This document shows, in pieces, positions 36,240 to 44,983 of a stretch of DNA of 64,000 nt. Position 1 is the first letter of the stretch. Every line of letters begins with the position of its first letter. The notes below the pieces were generated by a model. That model saw nothing but the letters and a program-made list of their open reading frames with translations, did not search any database and was not told the DNA's origin. Source of the DNA: a virus (taxonomy: Duplodnaviria; Heunggongvirae; Uroviricota; Caudoviricetes); IMG/VR virus record IMGVR_UViG_3300044259_000172. One strand, written 5' to 3'. Made by a program: the position numbers and the translations under genes.

Positions 36240-36580
36240 TTTTGAATTTCTTTCTTGAGTTCTAATAGAAGATTTCTATCTATATTTACCATATCCAAAG
36301 ATCTATCTAATAGAACTAAAAATGTATTGATAATAAACCAATCCTCTTCCTTTGTGGATGCTTTTATAAGTCTTATGACATAAAGAGGATGGAATACATT
36401 AAATAAAATAATGAGATGATTTATTATCAATCTAAAATTGGGAGGCTTTTTCCCGTTTTTTAATTTTGAAATCAATTTCTTTAAATGGGTTATTCTGACC
36501 AGATCTTCTTCCAAATCATCTACATGGAATTCATTGTTCAGAAACATTTTTGCTGAAGAATACACTTCTTGTTTTGTCAT
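36236..36580 (-). CDS. hypothetical protein (about 103-114 aa; start probably the internal Met at 36547)
   Basis: ORF track. Confidence 0.4.
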   Translation of the reverse strand: MTKQEVYSSAKMFLNNEFHVDDLEEDLVRITHLKKLISKLKNGKKPPNFRLIINHLIILFNVFHPLYVIRLIKASTKEEDWFIINTFLVLLDRSLDMVNIDRNLLLELKKEIQK

Positions 36581-37112
36581 GCGGAGGTCTTACGTGTCCT
36601 TGTAAAGCTACTGAGACCTTGCGATAAACCTCTAATGCCTGATTAGGAGAAAATCTAGAAGAAAAATTCTTCAAAAATGATTGATAATCTCCAATTTTAC
36701 AAAAGTCTCGCATTTCAGTAGCACTGATATTATATTTATCGCGCATAGCAAAATTCAAAACTCCTAATTTGGATTTATAATCCTTTTGATATTTCTTAAA
36801 CAGTGAAGAAAATTCCTCACATCTATCACCACCTACAATAAAATTGATTTCATCATATTCATCAGAATTAAAAGAATCAATAATTCCAAAAATTCCGGTT
36901 TTTCCAAGATTTGAAAGATAATCTCCAAACCCCATCTGATAAATGATATCATATTTTTCATCAAATGAAAGAGGATCGGTTTTGTTATTTTTAGTAAAAG
37001 TAGGGCAAATGAAAAATTCACCCTCTAAATGTTTTCCAAAGTTAAATAATTTCTCATGACCGATATGAGGAGGGTTAAATCTCCCATATGCTATATTTGC
37101 TATCATTTTCAT
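36531..37112 (-). CDS. HxGH nucleotidyltransferase, NMN adenylyltransferase (NadM)-like
   Basis: GRFNPPHIGH (G.F.P.H.GH) near N-terminus and ISATEMR (ISGT.IR-like) near C-terminus. Confidence 0.5.
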   Translation of the reverse strand: MKMIANIAYGRFNPPHIGHEKLFNFGKHLEGEFFICPTFTKNNKTDPLSFDEKYDIIYQMGFGDYLSNLGKTGIFGIIDSFNSDEYDEINFIVGGDRCEEFSSLFKKYQKDYKSKLGVLNFAMRDKYNISATEMRDFCKIGDYQSFLKNFSSRFSPNQALEVYRKVSVALQGHVRPPHDKTRSVFFSKNVSEQ

Positions 37113-37909
37113 TGTGATTTAAATTCTTCATATTTTGTATAAAAGATATTTGGAATTTGGACATTCTTTCGTTCCAATCCTTTGATGGTTTCTTCCAAAA
37201 CGAATGCACAAGATTTTAAAGAAAATCTCTTATCCATATTCTTCAAAATATCAATAGAATCCATCCTATATCCATTTTCTTGAGAATATCTTTCTGGAAT
37301 AATAGAATCTCTAAAATTTTTAAATGAATGACCTAGAATAAAAGGTTCATCTAAGATTTTTACAGGATTTACCAAATATTTTCCAGTAGCTTCGGACTTA
37401 TATGTATAGGTAGATTTAATCAGTCCTTCAAATAGAGTATAACGGACCCTTTGAAAAGTATTAACCTTTGTTCGATCCATAGAAAGAATTACAGGATTAT
37501 GGACAATATTTACAAGATGAAATAATAGTTCATTTCTATAAAGTGCTTTAAATGGATCATTCGAAGAAACAGTGGTAGCTTCCTTAACCCAATCATCATA
37601 AATATTCTTTTGTGAAATGATATTAATATCAACTTGGACATCCTGGAAACACAAGAAAATTGTATTTCCATGCGTTTCGATTTTATATCCAGACTTTACA
37701 AATAGACCTAGTAGTTGAGAGATTTCATGGTCACTATAAAGAGCTACATCAATATCTCCAAATTTAGCATTAGGATTTGCCGAATTTGATGATCCTATAA
37801 ATTTAAAATCACTGCCTCTAAATCCTAGATTAAGAATAAATTGATTCACTTTCTTCTTGTCATCTTGATTTGCATCTCGAGTTAAGCCCTTAAAAATCTT
37901 ACCACCCAT
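37109..37909 (-). CDS. putative Pol-beta-superfamily nucleotidyltransferase-fold protein
   Basis: IGSSNSANPNAKFGDIDVALYSDHE fits the GS-x(9-13)-DxD nucleotidyltransferase signature. Confidence 0.45.
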   Translation of the reverse strand: MGGKIFKGLTRDANQDDKKKVNQFILNLGFRGSDFKFIGSSNSANPNAKFGDIDVALYSDHEISQLLGLFVKSGYKIETHGNTIFLCFQDVQVDINIISQKNIYDDWVKEATTVSSNDPFKALYRNELLFHLVNIVHNPVILSMDRTKVNTFQRVRYTLFEGLIKSTYTYKSEATGKYLVNPVKILDEPFILGHSFKNFRDSIIPERYSQENGYRMDSIDILKNMDKRFSLKSCAFVLEETIKGLERKNVQIPNIFYTKYEEFKSQ

Positions 37910-37910
37910 A

Positions 37911-38702
37911 TTAATTCACTTCTCCAAAAATTTTGTCATTAAGAGGAAAATCATCCTTATTAAGATCTAAACATAATTTTACTAGTTTATCATCTATTTT
38001 CATTATAATTCCTTCATAGATTTCGCCATTCCTTGGTTTAATAGATTTAAAATATTCCACAAGTTTATTCTTGATTTTGTATCTAAGTTCCCTATATTGC
38101 TTTTTGAAGGAAAAGATGTCAGGGTGAGAATCAGCCAATTCCTTTATTTCTTGCCCTAAATTTTTATCAAATTCTACCACAATTCCACCAGGAAGCTTAA
38201 AATTAACCCCTTCTACTTCAGGCCATTTTCCATACATAGAAAATTTAACATCATGAAGAATAAAAGTGTCGGCTACAAATGTATCATGAGGAAATCTAAT
38301 AGTAAAGGATCGATATTCATCAATAACCTTTGAATATTTCAATGGAAAATATTCAAAAGAAATATCTTGCCCCTTCTCAGGATATTGATTTGCAATATTA
38401 ACCCTAATAAACCTTTGAAAAGATTCAGAATCAATTAGAGTTTGTCCAATCAATCCAATATCTTTGGAGAAATCTGTTTCTTTTGCCCAGTAAACATATT
38501 GGTAATAGGAATAGCATTCAGGAGAATTTGCTGTCTGAAAATACATATCCCCTTCACTATCAATTCCAAATGAGAAGAAAATTCCATCTTCCTTTTTTGT
38601 TTCAAAGATCAAATTACCCATATGATTATGGATATAATCCCACATAGAAATTTGATCTCTAAAAGAGCAATTATAGATATGAGGAATAGATTTCCGTTTC
38701 AT
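37911..38702 (-). CDS. hypothetical protein (263 aa)
   Basis: ORF track; in same tightly packed operon as the ThyA-like gene. Confidence 0.5.
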   Translation of the reverse strand: MKRKSIPHIYNCSFRDQISMWDYIHNHMGNLIFETKKEDGIFFSFGIDSEGDMYFQTANSPECYSYYQYVYWAKETDFSKDIGLIGQTLIDSESFQRFIRVNIANQYPEKGQDISFEYFPLKYSKVIDEYRSFTIRFPHDTFVADTFILHDVKFSMYGKWPEVEGVNFKLPGGIVVEFDKNLGQEIKELADSHPDIFSFKKQYRELRYKIKNKLVEYFKSIKPRNGEIYEGIIMKIDDKLVKLCLDLNKDDFPLNDKIFGEVN

Positions 38703-39706
38703 TATTTAAGACTCCAATAATTGGTTTGAACTCTCTCACCTTTAAAAGAGAACGATCTTGTCAATTTAAAATTTTTCAATAATGAATGATCCACTGAATC
38801 TGTATTCAGAATAGATGGGCAGTGATCATTCACATTTACAAATAATATTTTGTCAAACTTATCACACTTTTTATAATAAGTAAATTCAAATAATGCTAAT
38901 TTTTCTAAAAAAATGAAATAATCAAAATGTCCATTCTGATCAATTAAAGACATATTAATCCAATCAATCTCTCCTTCATCAAGATTAATCATAGTCTTTG
39001 AAAAGACAAATTTAAGAAAATCTATAAGATCACTCCATCTATTTTCAAAGACTTCAACAAAATAAAAATTGTTTATATTAATTCCAGTAAGATTAAAAAT
39101 TTCTTTAAATTCTTTTCCTGTTCTATTTTTTATCCATTCAATGCAATCTTTCTTTATAGAAGATAAAGGAATATGACTAGATTGAGAAGCCATTTTAGCC
39201 CCATTAGCCTTCACTTCAATATCTTCTCCATTTGATAATTGCATATCTCCAGAATTTTTAGCCTTTTTCGACCCCTCAGTTAGAAGAATAAACCCGTATT
39301 CACCTTTTCCTACAGAATTCTTTGAAAATGAAGTAGGAACATAATTTAATAATTTGGTAAGATTATAATTTGTTAATTTTGGATTAATAATATCATTCAA
39401 AGAAATTTGAGTTTTATAAGAAAGATTCAAATAATCTTGATCAAGAATTTTACCGCCGGTAATATCTTTAACCAATGATAAGATTTCTGTTGATGATTTT
39501 CCAGTATCTGGATCAAATAAAACTTCATTCATAAAATAACTAAAATCAGGGGAATTAAAGGAAATTCCCCTGGTTTCAAAGAGTTCTTTAGAAGCCATTT
39601 CTATTTTATCGGAAGTCATAATATAATAGGACTTATAAAGATATTGATAATCATTACACTGATCGATCCTCTTGGACAATTCAGTTTTTAGATCAGAAAT
39701 TTCCAC
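38702..39706 (-). CDS. hypothetical protein (334 aa)
   Basis: ORF track; 1-bp overlaps with neighbours. Confidence 0.5.
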   Translation of the reverse strand: MEISDLKTELSKRIDQCNDYQYLYKSYYIMTSDKIEMASKELFETRGISFNSPDFSYFMNEVLFDPDTGKSSTEILSLVKDITGGKILDQDYLNLSYKTQISLNDIINPKLTNYNLTKLLNYVPTSFSKNSVGKGEYGFILLTEGSKKAKNSGDMQLSNGEDIEVKANGAKMASQSSHIPLSSIKKDCIEWIKNRTGKEFKEIFNLTGININNFYFVEVFENRWSDLIDFLKFVFSKTMINLDEGEIDWINMSLIDQNGHFDYFIFLEKLALFEFTYYKKCDKFDKILFVNVNDHCPSILNTDSVDHSLLKNFKLTRSFSFKGERVQTNYWSLK

Positions 39707-39708
39707 AT

Positions 39709-40503
39709 TTATGCCTTAAATTTATCTGCTGCATATTTTAGATGTTCGATGAAATAATCATATGAAGTAAGTTTGGAATGAACAGTCATATCAATAAAAT
39801 CAATGATCTCACCATCTACAAAATTATGATTTGCATTATCCAATTTAGCCCACTGAATTGCATCTTCCCAATGCTTTTCATAAATATGAGCAGAACCTTG
39901 ATTGATTGTCAAAATTCCGAGATTAACATCAATTCCTCTTTGAAGCAAAAGGATTTGAACAACTTTTGACATCATTGTGAATGTGAATGAATCATACCCA
40001 AATCCCCAAATCATATCCTGAGAACGCATATTGACAACAGTACATAGCTTATTGTTTCTAATAAAGAATTGCATAGAGGTTGTACAAGGAACATCCTTGG
40101 ATCCTCTCGGATTTTCTCTCCAAATATTAAGAAATGCTTGACGAGAATCATTGTCAGCAATCAAAGAATCTACAACATAAGAAACTTGATCAATGAATTT
40201 TGGACCATAAGCTCCATTCAAAAATACTCCATTATCGGAATAATTTACATAAGATTTCATATATTGAGTAATATCAGATACTTTATTAGATCCTGAACAA
40301 ATCCACCACGCTTCACCAAAAGCAAAGGAATAATTAAGCTTTCTATCCTTTAGTGTGATAATTGGATCAAGCATATCAAATTTAATTTGGTATCCTACAA
40401 ATTCTTTGATGAGTTGACCTCTAGGTGAGACTTCATCCCCAAATGAAATAATATCATTAATACAATTTTGCCATTTTAAATTAATATCAAACAATTTAAT
40501 CAA
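39709..40503 (-). CDS. gp42: ThyA-fold pyrimidine hydroxymethylase, most consistent with deoxycytidylate (dCMP) hydroxymethylase (T4 gp42-like)
   Basis: VPCTTSMQFFIRNNKLCTVVNMRSQDMIWGFGYDSFTF aligns to ThyA [38 protein letters not shown] with catalytic Cys conserved and the pyrimidine-recognising Asn replaced by Asp (GYDSF), as in dCMP hydroxymethylases. Confidence 0.55.
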   Translation of the reverse strand: MIKLFDINLKWQNCINDIISFGDEVSPRGQLIKEFVGYQIKFDMLDPIITLKDRKLNYSFAFGEAWWICSGSNKVSDITQYMKSYVNYSDNGVFLNGAYGPKFIDQVSYVVDSLIADNDSRQAFLNIWRENPRGSKDVPCTTSMQFFIRNNKLCTVVNMRSQDMIWGFGYDSFTFTMMSKVVQILLLQRGIDVNLGILTINQGSAHIYEKHWEDAIQWAKLDNANHNFVDGEIIDFIDMTVHSKLTSYDYFIEHLKYAADKFKA

Positions 40504-41000
40504 ACCTTTTCTTTATCAATAACAAATGAATAATAGAATGCTAAATAAGCAGCGCAATCAATAAGACTATCAGCTTTTCCTTCAAAATTTGGAGAAGATT
40601 TAGAATTAAAAAGAGATTCAATTCTTTGGATCTTTGTCATAATCATATGAATATATGAAAAATCTTCAAATGGAAAATAATTAATTCTTGGATCATCAAG
40701 TCTAAATGTTTCATCATTAGCCTTGTTAGAATTATAATCTAAAGTCTTTTTTCTTAAAATAGAAAAAGTATCTTCGGAAATATTTTTATCCGTCAAAAAA
40801 TTATAATAATCTTTTACTACTCCAAAGATATAAATGAGTTCTTCTTTTGGAATTCCTGAATGATCAATTTTTTGAGTAGAAACCCAATCATCAATAAAGT
40901 AAACTAATTCATTAACATAGGTACATTCTTCTGCATATTGAGGACCTGAAAATGGAAAATTACCTTCATAATCCTCAAATAGTCTAATACTTTCAATCAT
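40500..41000 (-). CDS. hypothetical protein (166 aa)
   Basis: ORF track. Confidence 0.5.
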   Translation of the reverse strand: MIESIRLFEDYEGNFPFSGPQYAEECTYVNELVYFIDDWVSTQKIDHSGIPKEELIYIFGVVKDYYNFLTDKNISEDTFSILRKKTLDYNSNKANDETFRLDDPRINYFPFEDFSYIHMIMTKIQRIESLFNSKSSPNFEGKADSLIDCAAYLAFYYSFVIDKEKV

Positions 41001-41042
41001 AAATAACCTTTAATTTTCTAAGTATAGTTGAATATACATCAT

Positions 41043-41261
41043 TTATTCTGGAAAATACACCGGAATAAAAATGTAATTTTCAGAATTTACTTCAAAATCT
41101 CTAGACTTAGAAGATTGCTTAAGAGCAGCTCTAGCTTTTCCCTCCGTAGCATAAATTTTAGAAGTGAGAGAAGAATATCCTCCTCCAGTCTTTACTCGAG
41201 TTCCATCCTTTTTAGCGATAACAACACCTAGAAGTTTAGCCATTTTTAACATTCTCCACAA
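41043..41261 (-). CDS. small protein, paralog A of a duplicated pair (72 aa)
   Basis: GGYSSLTSKIYATEGKARAALKQSSKSRDFEV...IPVYF, similar to 41745..41948. Confidence 0.45.
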   Translation of the reverse strand: MWRMLKMAKLLGVVIAKKDGTRVKTGGGYSSLTSKIYATEGKARAALKQSSKSRDFEVNSENYIFIPVYFPE

Positions 41262-41745
41262 TTTGATCCCAATGAATAGGATAATAATTAGTCATTTCCA
41301 ATGAAATATTCATATGGTTGTCTGAAATTTCTTTTCTCATTCTATGGACATGTCCATGAACATTTAATTTAACTCTATCTGTATTCACCAAAACTGGTCG
41401 ATGAGTGAATAAAATTTCTCTTTGAGGTTGCCAGGATTCCATAATCTTTTCGAAATATTTTAAATATTCCTTCATTGGAAATTTGTCATGATTACCAAGA
41501 ATAAGACGCTTATGGCCATTAAGCCTAGGCATAATCCTATGGAAAGATTCAATATCAAATGAAATATCACCCAAACAATACCATTTATCGGTTGGCTTGA
41601 CGAATTCATTATGCCTTTCAATGATAGTTTCATCCATATCTTTAATCGAATCAAACCCTGGCCTAACTTGATCACCTTCATAATTAATGAATTTGAGAAT
41701 ATTAGAATGTCCGAAATGGTGATCTGAACTAAACCAAACATTCAT
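41236..41745 (-). CDS. calcineurin-like metallophosphoesterase
   Basis: DHHFGH, LGDISFD, GNHD, GHVH motifs. Confidence 0.65.
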   Translation of the reverse strand: MNVWFSSDHHFGHSNILKFINYEGDQVRPGFDSIKDMDETIIERHNEFVKPTDKWYCLGDISFDIESFHRIMPRLNGHKRLILGNHDKFPMKEYLKYFEKIMESWQPQREILFTHRPVLVNTDRVKLNVHGHVHRMRKEISDNHMNISLEMTNYYPIHWDQIVENVKNG

Positions 41746-41948
41746 TATAGATATACCGGGACGATTTCAATTTCACCAGCCTCCCACTGTCTAAACTTAC
41801 TAGAACCAGCCATAGCTGTTCTAGCTGAATTTTCAGAAGCATAAGTCTTTCCAATTTCTGAATATCCTCCATTTTGAGTTTTTACGATATCTCTTGTATT
41901 CTTATAAAGAGCAATCCATGCGATAGGTAGATCAACTTCTTGAACCAT
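41745..41948 (-). CDS. small protein, paralog B of duplicated pair (67 aa)
   Basis: GGYSEIGKTYASENSARTAMAGSSKFRQWEA...VPVYL. Confidence 0.45.
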   Translation of the reverse strand: MVQEVDLPIAWIALYKNTRDIVKTQNGGYSEIGKTYASENSARTAMAGSSKFRQWEAGEIEIVPVYL

Positions 41949-41959
41949 TATTTTCTCCT

Positions 41960-42382
41960 TTAAATTTTTAAAACAACTTCTTGGATAAGCATTTTACAAA
42001 GACCATCAATTGGATAATCCTCATTTTCGTCTGTTCCATTCCATAGAAAAATCTTTTCTCCAACATCAGTCTTTTGAGGAATAAGTGATTCCCTAAGAGT
42101 AATACCTGAAAGAAGGAATACATGAAGAGTATAAGATGGATATCGAATAGTTGCTATAGGAAACCAATCAGACTCGGATGTCGTATAACCGAGTTCTTCC
42201 TTAAATTCTCGAGCATTAGCTTCATATGCCCCTTCATTTTCTTCAACTTTTCCACCTACAAAAATTGACTTTCCAGACATAGGTCCATGATCCTTTTGAA
42301 CAAAGACAAATTTTCCAGACTTAGTCATTGCAATAGAAAGAGTATAGGCTGGGCGAAATGCGAATGGAATATCTTCTGTCAT
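41960..42382 (-). CDS. NUDIX hydrolase
   Basis: Nudix box GGKVEENEGAYEANAREFKEELG. Confidence 0.7.
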   Translation of the reverse strand: MTEDIPFAFRPAYTLSIAMTKSGKFVFVQKDHGPMSGKSIFVGGKVEENEGAYEANAREFKEELGYTTSESDWFPIATIRYPSYTLHVFLLSGITLRESLIPQKTDVGEKIFLWNGTDENEDYPIDGLCKMLIQEVVLKI

Positions 42383-42567
42383 TCTGAAATCTTTTCTTCA
42401 GAATTAAATGGATTGATTACAAAATCATGATTATCTACATCATAATCAGTAAATACATTTCCCATAGTATCTGTGTCCAAAAATACGATCAATTCTTGAA
42501 CAACTTTCCTTTGAAGACCACGATTGAAAATTGTAATTCTTACTTGCTTACCTTTATATTCGTTCAT
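42379..42567 (-). CDS. hypothetical protein (62 aa)
   Basis: ORF track. Confidence 0.4.
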   Translation of the reverse strand: MNEYKGKQVRITIFNRGLQRKVVQELIVFLDTDTMGNVFTDYDVDNHDFVINPFNSEEKISE

Positions 42568-42578
42568 ATATTTTTCCT

Positions 42579-42770
42579 TTAATCTAAATCTACAGTTGGA
42601 TTAATACCAACTCTATTAAAATCCCATTTATTATAAGCTAAATACGTTCTGCCTAAAGTATCCTCATATAAATTTACTGTTTTCCCATTCACAATATCAA
42701 TAAATCTATTATCTTCTATAAGTTTCATAGGAAAACCAAAGGTTAAAAACTTTAACATAGATGTTCTCAT
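42579..42770 (-). CDS. hypothetical protein (63 aa)
   Basis: ORF track. Confidence 0.4.
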   Translation of the reverse strand: MRTSMLKFLTFGFPMKLIEDNRFIDIVNGKTVNLYEDTLGRTYLAYNKWDFNRVGINPTVDLD

Positions 42771-43246
42771 AACTCAAACACTGTCAATTCTATATTGGGG
42801 TATTTTTTTAGGTTTTCTTTGATGATTTCTTCTATCTTTGACCAATCACCTCCGCCGAGTCCTGCTCCAATTTTAGGAATTGCAATTAGAACTGGTCGAT
42901 CCAAAAGCTCATAATATGAGAAGAATTTATCAAAACATGAATTGATAGCATCGTATGAAATTCTCATTCCAGGACCATATGTTTCTTGGGTGAAGAGATT
43001 CCAGACATCAGTTCCCGAATAATTACAAGCTAATTGATTAGTTCCTACTAAATCATTTGAATATCTCGATAAGCACAATTTTCTATAAGCAGTGAAAGAT
43101 AAAGGGAACTTTGCTTTAAATTGTTTTGCAAATCCAGCACTCATAACTCCTAAACAATTCACTCCATGAGCAATAGCATCATATTCAGAAATAAATTCAA
43201 AAAGATTTCCCCTTTTATAATTAATCTTGGATTGGGACAAGTTCAT
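42767..43246 (-). CDS. macro-domain protein (ADP-ribose binding/hydrolase family)
   Basis: YKRGNLFEFISEYDAIAHGVNCLGVMSAGFAKQF and PKIGAGLGGGDW match macro-domain GDI..DAIVNAAN..GGGV and P..G.G..G motifs. Confidence 0.65.
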   Translation of the reverse strand: MNLSQSKINYKRGNLFEFISEYDAIAHGVNCLGVMSAGFAKQFKAKFPLSFTAYRKLCLSRYSNDLVGTNQLACNYSGTDVWNLFTQETYGPGMRISYDAINSCFDKFFSYYELLDRPVLIAIPKIGAGLGGGDWSKIEEIIKENLKKYPNIELTVFEL

Positions 43247-43529
43247 ATGCCTTTACAATTTTTTCAATTTGACGAACCTCAAAAATTTCTCGTTCTTTGA
43301 AATATTCGAATTCATATGGACCTTCATATTGAGATTCTGTTGAGCCTACAGCATATTCAGTTTCGTAAAATTTTCCTGTAGATTTATCTCTAAAAATTTG
43401 ATTATGAATCGTTGACCATCTAGTCTGATCTATAATTTTGTTTTCAATAGTTTCAAAATTTTCATCATCATCAAATGCAATATCAATTAATTGCTGCTTT
43501 GTAAACTTTTTCGAAATATATTTTCTCAT
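43221..43529 (-). CDS. hypothetical protein (102 aa)
   Basis: ORF track. Confidence 0.45.
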   Translation of the reverse strand: MRKYISKKFTKQQLIDIAFDDDENFETIENKIIDQTRWSTIHNQIFRDKSTGKFYETEYAVGSTESQYEGPYEFEYFKEREIFEVRQIEKIVKAYELVPIQD

Positions 43530-44014
43530 AGTTTAAATCCTCTATGTTCTACTAAATCATTAAAATATTCAAGTTCTACAGGAACCATTTCAACATTACA
43601 CAATTCGAACATTTTCTTTACAGGTTCAGAATTCCATCTAGATTCAAATTCAGGATTTTCAATGTAAACAAATTTTTTAATTCCGGCCTGAATTGTATGC
43701 TTACAACAATCGATACAAGAGAAATGAGTAGAATAAATTGTACAATCTACAACTGACCTTCCAGATCTTCCAGCAGAAAGGATTGCATTAATTTCCGCAT
43801 GTTCAGTATACAAAAGTTTCACTTCTCTAGCATTATACCAAGCTAACAAATCCGGCATCTTTCTAGGAAATCCATTATACCCCGATGAAATAATTTCTTG
43901 ATCCTTTGTTATTACTGCCCCAACTTTAGTAGAAGGATCTTTTGATAATTTTGATGTCAAAAGGGCAGTTTGAAGAAAAAATATATCCCAACGAGTATCA
44001 ATTTTACTTGTCAT
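43526..44014 (-). CDS. cd: dCMP deaminase (T4 cd-like)
   Basis: HAEINAI and SCIDCCKHTIQAGI (H-A-E and PCxxC zinc-binding motifs). Confidence 0.8.
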   Translation of the reverse strand: MTSKIDTRWDIFFLQTALLTSKLSKDPSTKVGAVITKDQEIISSGYNGFPRKMPDLLAWYNAREVKLLYTEHAEINAILSAGRSGRSVVDCTIYSTHFSCIDCCKHTIQAGIKKFVYIENPEFESRWNSEPVKKMFELCNVEMVPVELEYFNDLVEHRGFKL

Positions 44015-44168
44015 TATTTGTTATAATCTCCGTTTGTTTGATATTTTTAGGAGTTAGGAAATGAATAATTTCATTTCCTTTTAAATGCCCTATAGAAAAT
44101 CCAAGAATTACCCCACCTATATAAATTGCAGCAATCGTATTGATAAAACAAAACTTTGAAATTTTCAT
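44004..44168 (-). CDS. small membrane protein (54 aa, MKISKFCFINTIAAIYIGGVILGFSIGHLKGNE...), missed by ORF track
   Basis: hand translation; ATGA overlaps with both neighbours. Confidence 0.4.
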   Translation of the reverse strand: MKISKFCFINTIAAIYIGGVILGFSIGHLKGNEIIHFLTPKNIKQTEIITNNDK

Positions 44169-44983
44169 ATAAATCTCCTAGTAATTGGAATTTCTACTTC
44201 TTCAACATCCGGATTTCCACATTTTTCTTTCAGAAAATACAAAATTCTATTCTTTTCTTCCTCATCTTTAGGTTTGAAGAACCATCTTTTAGATTTTCCA
44301 TCCCAATAAAATCCATTTGATTTTACAATATCTTTATAATTAAATCCTACATTGGCATAAAGAACAATTTCAGGAGTATAAGCCTTTTCTAAAAGGGATT
44401 GAAATGCAGTTTTACCATCTTTGAGTGGAAATGAAAGAGCGTGCAATGTAGCTCTACAATCATTTTCAGCTCTATGATGTTCAAACCAAAATCCTAGACG
44501 AAACGCAATATAATCTAAAACTTTTGAAGAAATATTCAAAGAACCCCAATCAGGATCATTAGCTGAACATCCCCAAACAATTTTCTTTAGAGAAGGAAAT
44601 CTTTTTTCCATCTTTGATCTATCAAATTTAGCATTATGAGCAATTGCGACATCAGCTTTATTAAATAGGGAAGTAACTGAATGATCTTCAAAATGTTTGC
44701 CTTCAAGCATTTCATCATTCATCCCAGTCAAAGATTTAATCTTCTCAGATAAAGGCTTTGAAGGTTGCTCAAACCCTACATAAGGCTTATAAACTTTTGT
44801 GATTTTAAAATCATCTGTAAATGCAAATGGCAAAATACAAATTTCTGTAATTTCCGAATCATCTTCAAGCCCTGTTGTTTCTGTATCAACAACAATCCCC
44901 AAATTTGTTCCTTCTGCATCAGTTGAATAAATGTTCTGACGATCGAAGAACTTAATGATTTTGTCTTTATTTTCTAATGTCAT
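44165..44983 (-). CDS. DnaQ-like DEDDh 3'-5' exonuclease
   Basis: Exo I VVDTETTGL and Exo II IAHNAKFD motifs. Confidence 0.7.
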   Translation of the reverse strand: MTLENKDKIIKFFDRQNIYSTDAEGTNLGIVVDTETTGLEDDSEITEICILPFAFTDDFKITKVYKPYVGFEQPSKPLSEKIKSLTGMNDEMLEGKHFEDHSVTSLFNKADVAIAHNAKFDRSKMEKRFPSLKKIVWGCSANDPDWGSLNISSKVLDYIAFRLGFWFEHHRAENDCRATLHALSFPLKDGKTAFQSLLEKAYTPEIVLYANVGFNYKDIVKSNGFYWDGKSKRWFFKPKDEEEKNRILYFLKEKCGNPDVEEVEIPITRRFI

